From: an uncultured Phycisphaerales bacterium
Lineage (GTDB): Bacteria; Planctomycetota; Phycisphaerae; Tepidisphaerales; Tepidisphaeraceae
DNA length: 64,000 nt
Direction of reading: 5' to 3'
Assembly: GCA_963758525.1 (NCBI GenBank)
Contig: CAVWVQ010000003.1
Coordinates: forward strand, 4,128,001 to 4,192,000
In this document: positions 29,681-41,137 of the stretch, one piece after another
Layout of the letters: every line of letters begins with the position of its first letter
Position numbering within the stretch: position 1 is the stretch's first letter
Program-made: the position numbers and the translations under genes
The notes under the pieces: generated by a model
Databases searched by the model: none
Told to the model about the DNA's origin: nothing
Seen by the model: the letters and a program-made list of their open reading frames with translations, nothing else

Positions 29681-31339
29681 TTATTTGCCGCTGGCTTCTC
29701 CAACTTCCCATCCGCCGCCCAGCGCTTTGTAGAGGGCGACGAGATTTGCCGAGACGTTTTGCTCGCTCTGGACGAGTTGATCCTCGGACGCGAAGAGATC
29801 GCGTTGAGCGTCGAGCACGTTGAGAAAATCCGCCAGCCCCTTGGTGTAGAGGAGCGTGGCCAGTTGCACGGCGCGGCGATTGGCATCGGCCGAGTTGGCG
29901 AGGAACTGCCGGCGAATCTGCTCCTGCTGGTAGGCGGTCATGGCGTTCTCCACGTCCTCCAGGCTCGTGAGCACGACCTGCTTGTACTGAATCAGCGCTT
30001 CACGCTGGCGGGCGTCCTGGATGTGTATGTTCGACACGATCTTGCCGGCGTCGAAGATCGGCCAGCTGACGCTGGGGCCGATGTTCCAGAACAAGCTGTT
30101 GCCGCGGGCAAGATCCTTGAATTCCTGGCTCTCGAGTCCCAGGGCGCCTGTCAGGGAAAAACGCGGGAAAAGATCGGCCGTGGCGACGCCGATGCGCGCG
30201 GTGGCGGCGGCCAGTTGTCTCTCGGCGCGGCGGACGTCGGGCCGTCGCCGCAGCAGATCGGAGGGCAGACCGGTCGGGACCAACGAGGGCGGCGGCGGGG
30301 GAATCGGCGCTTCAGTGGACAGCTCTGCCAGAAGTGATTCGGGCGGTTCGCCAAGCAGGATGCCCAGGCGATGAATGCTCTGCTTCAGCGAGATTTCCAG
30401 GGTCGGAACCGCGGCCTCGGTGGTATTCACCTGAGCCTCGGCCCGGGCGACGTCCAGATCGGTCGCGAGACCGGCTTTGAAGCGGGATTGCGTCAGGTCG
30501 AGCGTGTCGCGCTGGGATTTGATGTTGTCGCCGGCAATGTGAATCTGCCGTTGCAGGCCGCGCACCTGGACATAATTGCGGGCGACGTCGCCCAGCAGCG
30601 TGAGCATCGCGTCGCGACGGGCGTTTTCCTGTGCCTCGACATCGGCATCGGCCGCCTCGACGCTGCGCCGGATTCCGCCGAAGACATCGATCTCCCAACT
30701 GGCATCGAAGCCCGCCTGATATAGCTGAATCTTGCTGGGGATTGAAAAGCCCGTTGAACCGCCGGCGCCGGCGGCATTGGGCCGGGCGAGATCGGTCTGC
30801 ACGCCCGGAGAATTTGGCGGCGGGGTGATCTGCGTCGGGGTGCTGCCGCCGTTGGTGGCTCCTCCGCCGAGGAAGCCCGCGAGGCCGGCGGTGCTGCTGA
30901 TGCGCGTGCGGTTGTACCCGCCGACGGTGTTGACCGTGGGGAAGAGATTTCCCGTGGATAGATCGCGCTGCGCCCGCGCTTCGATCACCCGCTCCTGGGC
31001 CAGTTGCAGGTCGAGATTGCTCGCCAGCGCCCGGGCGATGAGGTCGTCGAGCTTCGGATCGTTAAAAGATTGCCACCAGGTATACAGCGCGGGCGGCGAC
31101 GGCTGTGTCGTCGCGAACGACCCGGGAACATCCATCTTCGGCGCCTTGTAATTTGGACCGACCATGCAGCCGCCGACCGCGGCGGCGAGAGGTACGAGCG
31201 CCAGTCTGACGGCGCGACGCTTGAAGGAACGGTAACGCGTTTTGGTGGGGGCAATAGCTGCGTTACGCACCATTACACGTTCCCCGGTAACCGGGCACGT
31301 CCCAACGGGCACGAACCTGCCTGCGGACTCGCGATTCAC
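29681..31339 (-). CDS. Outer membrane efflux lipoprotein (NodT/OprM family); true start probably downstream
   Basis: GGCMVGPNY lipobox, PSDLLRRRPD, LYKALGGGW. Confidence 0.92.
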   Translation of the reverse strand: MNRESAGRFVPVGTCPVTGERVMVRNAAIAPTKTRYRSFKRRAVRLALVPLAAAVGGCMVGPNYKAPKMDVPGSFATTQPSPPALYTWWQSFNDPKLDDLIARALASNLDLQLAQERVIEARAQRDLSTGNLFPTVNTVGGYNRTRISSTAGLAGFLGGGATNGGSTPTQITPPPNSPGVQTDLARPNAAGAGGSTGFSIPSKIQLYQAGFDASWEIDVFGGIRRSVEAADADVEAQENARRDAMLTLLGDVARNYVQVRGLQRQIHIAGDNIKSQRDTLDLTQSRFKAGLATDLDVARAEAQVNTTEAAVPTLEISLKQSIHRLGILLGEPPESLLAELSTEAPIPPPPPSLVPTGLPSDLLRRRPDVRRAERQLAAATARIGVATADLFPRFSLTGALGLESQEFKDLARGNSLFWNIGPSVSWPIFDAGKIVSNIHIQDARQREALIQYKQVVLTSLEDVENAMTAYQQEQIRRQFLANSADANRRAVQLATLLYTKGLADFLNVLDAQRDLFASEDQLVQSEQNVSANLVALYKALGGGWEVGEASGK

Positions 31340-32320
31340 AGATTGCCTCCTTCGGCACTTGCGGCAGTCATGGAACTCTTTACCGGCGCCACTTCCGGTG
31401 CGTCAATGAAGACGTCCATCTGTTGGCCAACGTACACCGGAAGCGCGGTCCGGTCGAATGCGTAGATCACCTGGAGAACCCGCGTGTCAACGCGCTCGGT
31501 GCTGTCGCCGGTGAGAGATTTCTTGGGTATCACATACGGCTCGATGCGTACGATGCGGAGGTGTGTGCTCAGCTGCGGGTTTCCGCGCACAAAAGCGGTT
31601 GCCGCCGCGGTGTTGCTGACACGCCAGGCGTCGTTTTCATCCACATCCACGCGGACGTGAAGCTCGTCGACATTGCCCAGCAGCATCAGCGGCGTGGCGA
31701 GCGGACCGGCCTGGGCGAATTCACCGAGGCGGAGATTGACCTGCAGAACCTCTCCCTCCACCGGAGCCGTGACCGTCATGCGTTCGATGTCCACTTGCGT
31801 GGCGTGCATCTGCGCCTGCGCCGCAGCGACCTGCGCGGCTCGACTCAAGTTGCGCCTCGCCGGTCTGCATTGCAAATTTCTTGCGATCCAAATCCTGGCG
31901 GCTCACCGCGCGGGCATCCGAAACAGATTGGAAAAAATCGAGCTGATTCTTCAGATCATCAAGCTCGGCCTGATCGACGTTGAGCTTCGCCTCTGCGGAA
32001 TCCACCTGCGCTTTCTCCACGGCCAGCGTCGCTTCGAGATTGCGGTCGTCGAGCTTGAACAGCGGCTGGCCTGCTTTGACATGATCGCCGACTTTCACGT
32101 AGAGATCCGTCGCCACCCCGGGAACGGGCGTTGCGACGGCGATATTTTCCGTGGCGGCTTCGACGATGCCCGATCCGGCGACGTATGCCTTATATGGCGC
32201 GTGCGAAGGTTCCGCCGCCGGTGCGGCGACCAGCGGCTTCTTCGCCCCCTCATGAACCATATAGAACCCGAAGATCACTCCCAGCACTGCAAGCAGCGGG
32301 AGAACGTATTTGCGAATCAT
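31336..32320 (-). CDS. HlyD-family membrane fusion protein (frameshift near 31845)
   Basis: N-terminal TM, VKVGDHVKAGQPLF, coiled coil, APVEGEVL across two ORFs. Confidence 0.85.
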
Positions 32321-33108
32321 GACATGGACTCCTCGGCGGGCTTCTCATCGGCGCCGGTGCGCACGGCGTGCGCCTCGGCGTGAAGCTCTTCGGGTGAATC
32401 GAGCAGGCCGACCACCTGCCCGTCATCCATCTTTGCGATGCGGTCGGCAAACTGAAAAATGCGGTTGTCGTGCGTGACGATCACCAGCGCCCGGTCGCGC
32501 GCCACGCCGACGCCGCGCAGAATGTCCATGATTTTCTGTCCCGTGGCGTGATCGAGCGCGCTGGTCGGCTCGTCGCAGACAATCAACTGCGGGTCGTGGA
32601 CCAGTGCCCGTGCGATGGCAACGCGCTGCTGCTGGCCGCCGGACAACTGCGACGGGAGAGAATTCATCCGCTCCCCCAGACCGACGGCGGCGAGTTTCTC
32701 TTTCGCCTTTGTCATTGCATCGCGGCGCGACACTCCGTTGATGAGCAACGGCACCGAAACGTTTTCAGCGGCCGTGAGTGTTGGAAGAAGATTGAAGCTC
32801 TGAAAAACAAAGCCGATGGTCTGCCCCCGATATCGGGTTCGATCGCCTTGTGGCATCGCCTTGAAGTCGTGACCGAAGACGGTGCATTCACCTCGATTCT
32901 GGTCGAGGATTCCGGCGATGACGGAAATCAATGTGGTTTTCCCGCATCCTGACGGGCCGACGAGCATGAGCAGTTCGCCGCGCTTCACGTCCAGGTCGAT
33001 GCCGCGGAGTGCGATGACTTCCGACGAGCCGGCGCCGTACGCCTTGGTTACCCCGCGGCAGCGGACGGCAATTTCGTCGGGCGGAAGATGTGCGGTTTCG
33101 AGGGTCAT
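32317..33108 (-). CDS. ABC transporter ATP-binding protein
   Basis: GPSGCGKT, LSGGQQQR, DEPT and VTHD motifs. Confidence 0.95.
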   Translation of the reverse strand: MTLETAHLPPDEIAVRCRGVTKAYGAGSSEVIALRGIDLDVKRGELLMLVGPSGCGKTTLISVIAGILDQNRGECTVFGHDFKAMPQGDRTRYRGQTIGFVFQSFNLLPTLTAAENVSVPLLINGVSRRDAMTKAKEKLAAVGLGERMNSLPSQLSGGQQQRVAIARALVHDPQLIVCDEPTSALDHATGQKIMDILRGVGVARDRALVIVTHDNRIFQFADRIAKMDDGQVVGLLDSPEELHAEAHAVRTGADEKPAEESMS

Positions 33109-33111
33109 GAG

Positions 33112-34266
33112 TTATTGCTTGAAGACAATCGCCGGCTCCAGTTGGATGACTTTCCAGATGCTCAGGAGTGAGGAAAGAATGCAGATCACGACGATCGCCA
33201 GGGCGCTGATCAGCATGAGCTGCCAGGGGAGAACGAAGGACAGTTCGGTATTGCGAGCCGCCCATCCCGACAGGCAGGCGAGGCCGACGCCCAGGCCGTA
33301 GCCGATGACGCCCACGAGGATCGCCTGGAGGAGGATCATGCGCAGCAGGGTGCCGTTGGGCGTTCCCATTGCCTTGAGGGCGCCAAATTGACGAAGATTT
33401 TCCAGCGTGAAGCTGTAGAACGTCTGCCCGGCGATCGCTGTGCCGACGACAAAACCGAGCGCGACGGAGATCGCGAAGTTGATAGGGATGCCGGTGTTCT
33501 TGAAAAAGTACCACCATGTTTTGTCGATGAACCCCTGTTGCGTGAACGCGGACAACCCGGTGACCGTCTCGATGCGATGCCGAAGCTCATCGAGATTCTG
33601 CCCCGGCTTGGCTTTGACGAGCACGAACGACAGAAGCTTCCGTTCGCGCGGGGCGAAGAGCGTCGCCCGTTGATAGGTTGTGTACACCGTCGGCTGCGAT
33701 TGAAAAGTGCGCGACACCTTGCAGATGCCGACGACGGTGGCGCGATGGTCATTGAGCTCGAGCGTGTCGCCGGGGACCAGGGGCCTGGGCTTGCCATTTT
33801 TGGAAGGATGCGCCAGCTTGTCGGCCGCCCCGACGTCATCGACGATCACACTGTCGGCCCGGCGCAGGTCTTCCAGCTTTCCCCTGGCCATCGCCGGCGG
33901 ACCGCCGATCAGCGTCGCATCGTCCAACCCGATCACGTTGCACGTCTGGAACGTGCCGTCCTCGAGACGCGCCTTGAGCAGCCCTTTGTAAAGCGGGACC
34001 GCCCAGTCGACTCCTTGAACGCCACGGACGCGCAGCAGTTGGGTATCCTGCAGCGGCTTGATGTCATCGATGAACTGAACCTTGGGGTCCATCACCCACA
34101 CGTCGGGCAAGCCCATGTCGGAAATCGAGCCGTACGTACGGCCCATCAGCCCGACGAAAATCGCGGCCTGCTGCGTGATCAGCAGCGAGGCGAAGGTGAT
34201 TCCCATGACGATGCCGAGATATTTGGCGCGATCGCCGACGAGCATTTTGAGGGCGACGAAGTTCAT
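33112..34266 (-). CDS. ABC transporter permease (MacB/DevC-like)
   Basis: N-terminal TM, periplasmic domain, three C-terminal TMs with LKAMG. Confidence 0.9.
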   Translation of the reverse strand: MNFVALKMLVGDRAKYLGIVMGITFASLLITQQAAIFVGLMGRTYGSISDMGLPDVWVMDPKVQFIDDIKPLQDTQLLRVRGVQGVDWAVPLYKGLLKARLEDGTFQTCNVIGLDDATLIGGPPAMARGKLEDLRRADSVIVDDVGAADKLAHPSKNGKPRPLVPGDTLELNDHRATVVGICKVSRTFQSQPTVYTTYQRATLFAPRERKLLSFVLVKAKPGQNLDELRHRIETVTGLSAFTQQGFIDKTWWYFFKNTGIPINFAISVALGFVVGTAIAGQTFYSFTLENLRQFGALKAMGTPNGTLLRMILLQAILVGVIGYGLGVGLACLSGWAARNTELSFVLPWQLMLISALAIVVICILSSLLSIWKVIQLEPAIVFKQ

Positions 34267-34931
34267 GGCGCGGATTCCGGTTTTGAGGGCGTTCGCGCAG
34301 TGCGCAGGCCGGCGAGCGAAAAGCGGGTGATGTGATCCGCCAGCTTTGCGATTGCCCGCGGCGTGTGCTTTTGCGATGGCGCGAGCTTGGCAATCACCTG
34401 CTCCGCATGACGATAAAAGACGCACTGTCCGACGATGCTCATCGCATTCTGCATGACCGCTTCCCGCGAAACGCCCGGGCCGACAATCTCCCGCACGATG
34501 CCGTTGAGACGATCGGAAAGCGGGCGGATGTGCTCCCGCACCACGATGTCCAGGGCTGATGTGGGATCGCTCATCTCGCGCACCATCAGCCGGGCGTAAG
34601 CGCCCTGGGCCGTGCCGATCAGCAGGCGTTGCAGAAACGAGTGAACAAATGCATGAAGTCGGCGCTCCGCCGAGGCGTCCGGCCCCGCGCCGACGTCCGG
34701 CGGATGCTGCCGGAGGGCATCGGCCATCCCGTGCTGGAGCACGGCGGTGTAAAGGCCGGCTTTATTGCGGAAGTGATAGTTCACGGCAGCGATGTTCGCC
34801 CTGGCCGCGAGGCAGATCTCCCGCACCGTCGCCTGGCGAAAACCGTCGCGCGCGAAAATCGCGGCAGCGGCTTCCAGAAGACGCTGGCGGGTTTCATCGG
34901 GAACCGGAGCAGGAACGGTTGATGGAGGCAT
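34263..34931 (-). CDS. TetR-family regulator (CecR/YbiH-like)
   Basis: TRQRLLEAA...ATVREIC...AAVNYHF HTH; heads the efflux operon. Confidence 0.9.
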   Translation of the reverse strand: MPPSTVPAPVPDETRQRLLEAAAAIFARDGFRQATVREICLAARANIAAVNYHFRNKAGLYTAVLQHGMADALRQHPPDVGAGPDASAERRLHAFVHSFLQRLLIGTAQGAYARLMVREMSDPTSALDIVVREHIRPLSDRLNGIVREIVGPGVSREAVMQNAMSIVGQCVFYRHAEQVIAKLAPSQKHTPRAIAKLADHITRFSLAGLRTARTPSKPESAP

Positions 34932-34942
34932 AAAACGTGTAT

Positions 34943-34959
34943 TTCAAACGAGTGTTTAA
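34943..34959. promoter_or_regulatory. Candidate TetR operator TTCAAACGAGTGTTTAA
   Basis: AT-rich imperfect palindrome 12 bp upstream of the tetR start. Confidence 0.5.
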
Positions 34960-35381
34960 CATGAAGCCAAAGGGCGGTCAAGGAGGCAAGAAGGCCGGAA
35001 GCGACCTCAGTCCGCGAAAAACCCGGAGCTGCTTTTCCTTGGGTCCTCCCCTCGTACCGGCTGGGGGAACGAAGGGAAATCGGAAATGTCCAATGGCCAA
35101 TGGCCAACAAAGCACCAAGCCCCAAGGGCCCAAGGTGGGGGGAGAAGGAGAAGTGGCCAACAAAGCACCAAACCCAATAGGCCCAAGGTTGGGTCCCGCG
35201 TTGGTCATTGTGGCTTGGGATTTTGTTGGCCATCCGGCATTGGCCATTGCTGCGTCTCTGGCATCGTGCTTTGCGCGACTTCGAGCAAGCCCCCACCCCA
35301 GCCCTCCGCCGGAGTACCAGGGGGAGGGAAAATAGCTGCAGCACGGCGCCGCGCACAGCAGTTATGCGCGCTTTCAACCGA

Positions 35382-36155
35382 TCAACTGTGTGCGCTTCGG
35401 CTGAAATAGGCGATCGTCAGCGTGGCGGCGATCACCAGGACGATTGCGCGAACGTAAACAGCCGGAATCCGCTGCGCGAAGGCCATCCCTGCGAATCCGC
35501 CGCCGGCGGCGCCGACAGCCATCGCCAGCGCTGTCCACCATTCAACCCCGGCGCCGAGGAAGATGACGACGGCTGCCGCGTTGGCGGTGATCTGGATGAT
35601 GATCTTGAGCGTGTTGGTTTGCTTGACATCGCCAACGCCCGCGACGGCAAGCCCTGCCAGCAGAAGAATCCCGCCGCCCGCGCCGAAGTAGCCGTTATAG
35701 ATGGAAATCAGCAGGAGCAGGGAAAACAGTGATGCGGAGAACTGCCGTCCGCCGCGGTTGGCGTTGCCCGCACGGCGGTTGGACCACGCATTGATTCGCG
35801 GACCGGCGGCGAGCGTGACGGTGGAGAAGAGCAGCAGCCACGGGATCAGACGGCCAAACGCGGTCGTTGACGTCGTTAACAGGAGGATTGCTCCGATGAT
35901 TCCGCCAGCGGCTCCCGTGGCGGCGTATCCCCAGACCACTCCGCGGCTGAGCGATCGAACATCGTCGCGTGCCGCTGCGATGGCCGCCGCGTACCCCGGC
36001 CAGAGCCCGACGGTGCTCGTGACGTTTGCCGCCTTGGCCGTCAGATGCAGCGGCCCAGTGAGCACCGGAAACGTGATGAAGGTTCCGCCTCCCGCGATCG
36101 AGTTCACCGCGGCCCCCGCGAACGCCGACAGCCCAGCCAATGCAGTACGCAACAT
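35382..36155 (-). CDS. TauE/SafE family exporter
   Basis: AGAVNSIAGGG and YNGYFGAGGG-type motifs; multiple TMs. Confidence 0.88.
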   Translation of the reverse strand: MLRTALAGLSAFAGAAVNSIAGGGTFITFPVLTGPLHLTAKAANVTSTVGLWPGYAAAIAAARDDVRSLSRGVVWGYAATGAAGGIIGAILLLTTSTTAFGRLIPWLLLFSTVTLAAGPRINAWSNRRAGNANRGGRQFSASLFSLLLLISIYNGYFGAGGGILLLAGLAVAGVGDVKQTNTLKIIIQITANAAAVVIFLGAGVEWWTALAMAVGAAGGGFAGMAFAQRIPAVYVRAIVLVIAATLTIAYFSRSAHS

Positions 36156-36784
36156 TCACCTGAACGTACAGGCGGGTGAAGAGAAGGGGAAGGCAGGGGC
36201 AGAGGGAGAGGCATGAAGGCGCGAAATGAGTGAGGCACGAAGGCACGGAGGCACGGAGGCACGGAGGGGAGGACGCTGGCGCGGCGGATTTTGTCCTGCT
36301 GGGTCTACTTCCTCCTGTCTCCTGTCTCCCGCTCTCGCGCTACGCGGGCGGGAATTGCAAATTGCAAATCAAAATCGCAAATTGTGACTGATGGGCGACG
36401 CTCTCATGCCAAGTTGGGTCGGTTTCGCCGGACTGTAATCGTCGTGGCTTGCCCTTCGCGGAAGATCACGACGCCAGTTGCCGCAGGCATGACGACCTCC
36501 TTCAAGGATCGCCCGCCGTCCGCAAATCGGGCTGAAGAAAGTCGTTATCAGAATAACCGGCTGATCGAGTGGGCGCTGCCCTTCCCGCGGACCGGCGGCG
36601 TCCTGAAACGCCACAAATAACTTAGCGACGTGATATATTGCAGGCAAGCAGAATCATTATGAGTCGATGCGACGAGCGTGCGCAAATTTCCGGGCGAACC
36701 ATTGTGGTGCAGTCCTTGAGCCTGCGACTGCCCAGGTGCAAACACAGTTTGTTCCTTCGCGCACGGAAATTCGCGCACCTGAGG

Positions 36785-38016
36785 ATGGGCCTTCACTCGC
36801 ACCGGCTGCGCCGTATCTGCATCATTCCCGCGATCCTGCTCGTATCGGGCGCACGGCTGGCTGCGCAACCAACCATTAGCGAGCAGATTCGCTCGCTGCT
36901 TTTCGATCGCCGGGATCGCGGAGGCAATTCATTTCCGCTGATGGTCGATCCTCCGCTCTGGGCCGACACGCGCTATCTGCTGGAAGGGGACTCGCGGACG
37001 CGGATGCTGGCACTGTCGGATGAACTGCTGGCGCAGGACCTCGGGCGAGCCGTGCCGGACCCGCGCGAGCGCGCGTTGCTGCAGCATGCGTTGTGGCAAG
37101 TCTTCGACTGGACACTCCGGGACGATTCTTTTGATCGGGAAGCGCGGGTCGCACTTCGCAAGAAACTCGCCGCCGTCATCTCCCGGCTCGCTTTGACAAA
37201 AGCGCAGATCGAATCGTTGCCGACGAATCTGGCGCCGGGTGATAACGCTGATGCGCCCCCGAATCTGACAGATGAGCGGCAGGGCTGGATCGCGCTGGGG
37301 ATCCCCGGCTCGACTCCGGTGGCCGAGGCGCATCTGAAACAGTTCGGCGGGCGCAGCGCCTTTGGTGTTTTCATCCGGCATCCCGACGGGCCGCAAGCGG
37401 CGCTGGCATATCTGCGGCGGCTGGCGGAGCGCCCTATCCCCCAACCACGCAGCGATCGACCGGCGGATTCTTCGCGCCGGATGCCGCGCCGCAGTTCCCC
37501 GCCGGCACGAAACTCGCGCTGCTCCGGAGGATGATGCTGATCGATCGCGACGAACAATTGATCTGCTCGCCGATCATCGAAAGCGTTCAGGTTCGGACGT
37601 TCCTGAAGATCGAACCGCAGCTGTTGCCGGAACAACTTCGCATGCAGGAGTTCGTCATGGACCGGGAGCAGTACATCGCCGGCGGGAAGCGGGCTCTACG
37701 CGCAGTCGACGCGGGTGATCGAGAGCCGACGGTGTTTGAGTCGCTCGATATCGACTGGTTTGAAAGCGGCCAGCGTAATGACCTCGGCCGCTACGAACCG
37801 CCGGATCGCATCCTGGAGAGCTGCATTCATTGCCACCATGATTCGGGGGTATTGTCGATGAACAGTTACACCCGGCTTTTCTCCCCCGCGCCGGCGACCA
37901 ATCCCCAACTGCAGAACCTGAGCTTCGACCGGGAGATCACCATAACGGTCGACTGGAAAAAGGAGCAGGCGTCGTGGGGAATGCTCCGCGGATACTGGGA
38001 AGCGGGTGACCGGTGA
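36785..38016 (+). CDS. Secreted hypothetical protein with C-terminal CxxCH (frameshift near 37480)
   Basis: Signal-like N-terminus; SCIHCHHD in second ORF. Confidence 0.55.
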
Positions 38017-38142
38017 AGGTCAGCGGGCTTTCGTAACACCATCGTCATTAAGACTGAGCGCATTCTTAATATCGCTCTCGATAATGTCAGCCGATCTTGT
38101 AAATTCCCCTCGATTCACGGTTGATCAGCAGCGAGGAAATTC

Positions 38143-39285
38143 ATGTCCGATCCGATCCCGCCGGCCGACGAAGCAGTCCCCAGCGATATTTCACCCAGGC
38201 GCCGTCTCCTGGAAGGCCGCCAGCGCGTTTGGGCGAGAGTCATCCTTTTCCTCTGCCTCGGCGGTGTGGTGGCTTACGTCGGAGTGGCCGCGGTAAGCAC
38301 GGCACACGAAAGGGAATATCTCCGCCAGACACAGACGCGCACGGTTGCCAGCGCGGGTTTAACCGTCACCGGGCGAAAGGGTCTTTCATCCAAGTTCACG
38401 GACAAGGACGGTCGGCTTTTGGCTGATCCGCCCGCCTCTGCCGACCAATGGATCAATCCCGACACGCTGGTGGTCGCTCACATCGACGGCGCCGACGAGA
38501 ACCCTGGAACATCGTGGGCCGAGTGGGAAGAGCACTTGGCAACGATCACCGGCAAAAAGGTGGTCGATCAGACGTATACCAACAGCGCCAGCCAGATCGC
38601 AGCTGCCGCCTCGGGGAAGGTTACGCTGCTGGCACTGCACGCGGCGGACGCTCCGTTTCTGGTCAACAACTACGGCTTCGAGCCGTTGGCGGTCCTCGGC
38701 GATCAATCCGGAATCAACGGCAATCGAGTGGATCTGATCGTCCCCGCCGGCAGCCCGATCGCTGCTCCCGCCGATCTGAAGGGCCACCGGTTGGTCTGCA
38801 CCACTCCCAGTTCCATCACCGGCTATCGCGCCGCCATTGCGGTGCTCATGCAGGATCAGGGTCTTCGGCCCAACGTCGATTACGAAATCACCTGGTCCCT
38901 GGGCCAAAAGCGCTCCATCACCGGCATCGCCGAGAAAACATTCGAAGCCGCCGCGGTGTCTGATGACAAGGTGCAGTCACTCATGGACAAGGGGACGATC
39001 TCACCCTCTGAATTCAAAACGATCTACCAGTCTCCGGTGATCCCGCGCACGACGATTGGCTGCTTCTACAACCTGAATCCGACGCTGGTTGAGCAGCTTC
39101 GCCAGGCCATCCTCCCCGCCGTCGCTTCTGCGCCGGCGAGCGGCCCGACCACATCGCCCTCAATCGCATCGGACACGCTCAAGTTCATGCCTGTCGACTA
39201 CAAGAGGGATTTCGAATTTGTCCGTATGATCGACGACCAGTTCGATCCGCGGTTCGATACACAGAAACCCTCGCATGCGGAGTAA
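38143..39285 (+). CDS. PhnD-like phosphate/phosphite/phosphonate-binding protein
   Basis: ADLKG.....PSSITGY motif; N-terminal TM. Confidence 0.8.
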   Translation: MSDPIPPADEAVPSDISPRRRLLEGRQRVWARVILFLCLGGVVAYVGVAAVSTAHEREYLRQTQTRTVASAGLTVTGRKGLSSKFTDKDGRLLADPPASADQWINPDTLVVAHIDGADENPGTSWAEWEEHLATITGKKVVDQTYTNSASQIAAAASGKVTLLALHAADAPFLVNNYGFEPLAVLGDQSGINGNRVDLIVPAGSPIAAPADLKGHRLVCTTPSSITGYRAAIAVLMQDQGLRPNVDYEITWSLGQKRSITGIAEKTFEAAAVSDDKVQSLMDKGTISPSEFKTIYQSPVIPRTTIGCFYNLNPTLVEQLRQAILPAVASAPASGPTTSPSIASDTLKFMPVDYKRDFEFVRMIDDQFDPRFDTQKPSHAE

Positions 39286-39311
39286 CCAAACTCTGAAGAC
39301 TGCTCTCAGCG

Positions 39312-40082
39312 TCAGGTCGACGCCCGCGCCATCGTCGCCGTTGCGAGCGTTGCCGGATCGCGGTCATCTTTTAATTCAACTCCGCTGATCCTGCGGACCA
39401 AGGATTGCTCGATGAGCCATGCCAGGACATTTGCGGCGGCGGGGGGGTCCAATTGGCCGGTGCGGATGTTGGAAACGCAGTTGCGCTGTGCGTCGGTGTT
39501 TCCGATCGCTGGGCGATGAACCAGATATCCGCCGAGGCTGTCGGCGGAGCCCAGGCCGGGGCGTTCACCGATCAGGATGACCGCGACTTTGGCGCCGAGC
39601 AGCGATCCGATTTCGTCCTGAACGGCTACCCGGGCCTGTGTGACGATGCAAATCGGCCCCAGCGAAAATCGCCGATCCCGCAGGAGCGGAACGAGATGCG
39701 TCAGGACCGCGGCGGCGTGCCGCTGCGCCGCGACGGCGGATAAGCCGTCGCCGATCACGAGCGCAACATCGACGTCCGCGGTAGCATTCTCAATGACGGT
39801 GGCGGCGCTTCCATCGTCCAGCCGCCGGCCCAGATCTGGCCGTTTAAGGTATGTCTCTCGATCCGGCGCCCTCGAATGGAGCTGGAGAATCGGCAAGCCC
39901 AACGACAACAGCGCATTGGTGAGCGACTGTCTGTCCAGTTCCGAGTAGACAGCATCGCGCGCATCGGCGTGATCCGCCGCGAACGCCAGTAACTCCGCGG
40001 TCGGCAGCGAACCTCCCGCCCGGCCCAGGGCGATCCGCGCTGGCGTATGCCTGCGAAGTTGAGCCCACGGATCGGCCGTCAC
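39312..40082 (-). CDS. eutC: Ethanolamine ammonia-lyase light chain
   Basis: TPARIALGRAG, YLKRPDLGRRL, DGLS, IGERPGL, RNCVSNI. Confidence 0.92.
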   Translation of the reverse strand: MTADPWAQLRRHTPARIALGRAGGSLPTAELLAFAADHADARDAVYSELDRQSLTNALLSLGLPILQLHSRAPDRETYLKRPDLGRRLDDGSAATVIENATADVDVALVIGDGLSAVAAQRHAAAVLTHLVPLLRDRRFSLGPICIVTQARVAVQDEIGSLLGAKVAVILIGERPGLGSADSLGGYLVHRPAIGNTDAQRNCVSNIRTGQLDPPAAANVLAWLIEQSLVRRISGVELKDDRDPATLATATMARAST

Positions 40083-40153
40083 TGCTTCCCGCTCTCCATC
40101 ATCAGGCCGGCGACGATTCCCATTTCTTTTGTGGTCGCCTTCCGTCCGTTGGT

Positions 40154-41137
40154 TTAGCGCAATACTACATCGGCCGATCGACGACGAATCCGGCCATGGT
40201 TTCCAGAACGGACCTGGGTTCGGAAGGCGGCAGTGCCTGGATCGAGCTGATCGCCCGGGTCACGAGCTGGCGGGCGCTTCTGCGCGTAGGGGATCGAATC
40301 GCTGGGCAGAATCAGGTTGCGAATCCGCTCGACGCGATCCGGGGCAGCGGTTTCCAGCAGCGAGCGCAACAGTGCGCGGTGCTCGGCGGGGGCGGTGCGG
40401 AGAAAATGAATCAGCGGGAGCGTGAGCTTTCCTTTTTCGATGTCGCTGCCGAGGGTCTTGCCCACGGTGGCGGGGTCGCCGATCAGATCGAGGATGTCGT
40501 CCTGAATCTGAAACGCGGTGCCGAGCGATCGGCCGTAGATTTCCATGCGGCCGACCGTGTCGGCGTCGGCGCCGGCGAATTGCGCGCCCAACGTGCAGCA
40601 GGCGGCGCAGAGCGTGGCGGTCTTGAGCGTGATGATGCGAAGATACGTTTCTTCGTCCAGGGCGTAGTTTCTGCGATTGTCGATCTGGAGCAATTCGCCT
40701 TCGCAGACCTGGTTGGTGGTTCGCCCGATCAGGCGCGACGCATATTGGGAATCGAGGCTGGAACAGAGGTGGTAGCTATGGCTGATCAGGAAGTCGCCCA
40801 GCAGCACCGCGGCTTCATTGCCGCGCAGATGATTGATGGTAGCGCCTTTGCGCCGCAGCTCGGCTTCGTCGAGCACGTCGTCGTGGACGAGCGTGGCCAT
40901 GTGAACCATCTCGACGACGGTGGCGATCACCACATGGGCGTCGCACAGTACCCCGCACGCCTTGCCGGCCAGCAGCGTCAGGCACGGGCGAAGCATCTTG
41001 CCGCGAAATCGGCTGACGTGGCGCACCAGCGTCTTCACGCACGCCAGGTCGCTGTTGAGTTCCGCATGAAATGCCTCGTCCACGGCCTGGAGCTGCGGAC
41101 GGATGCATTCGGTCAGTTCTGCCAAGAGCGGGGTCAT
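40154..41137 (-). CDS. Polyprenyl diphosphate synthase (C-terminus probably frameshifted)
   Basis: GKMLRP, HDDVLD..RR and FQIQDDILD motifs. Confidence 0.9.
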   Translation of the reverse strand: MTPLLAELTECIRPQLQAVDEAFHAELNSDLACVKTLVRHVSRFRGKMLRPCLTLLAGKACGVLCDAHVVIATVVEMVHMATLVHDDVLDEAELRRKGATINHLRGNEAAVLLGDFLISHSYHLCSSLDSQYASRLIGRTTNQVCEGELLQIDNRRNYALDEETYLRIITLKTATLCAACCTLGAQFAGADADTVGRMEIYGRSLGTAFQIQDDILDLIGDPATVGKTLGSDIEKGKLTLPLIHFLRTAPAEHRALLRSLLETAAPDRVERIRNLILPSDSIPYAQKRPPARDPGDQLDPGTAAFRTQVRSGNHGRIRRRSADVVLR

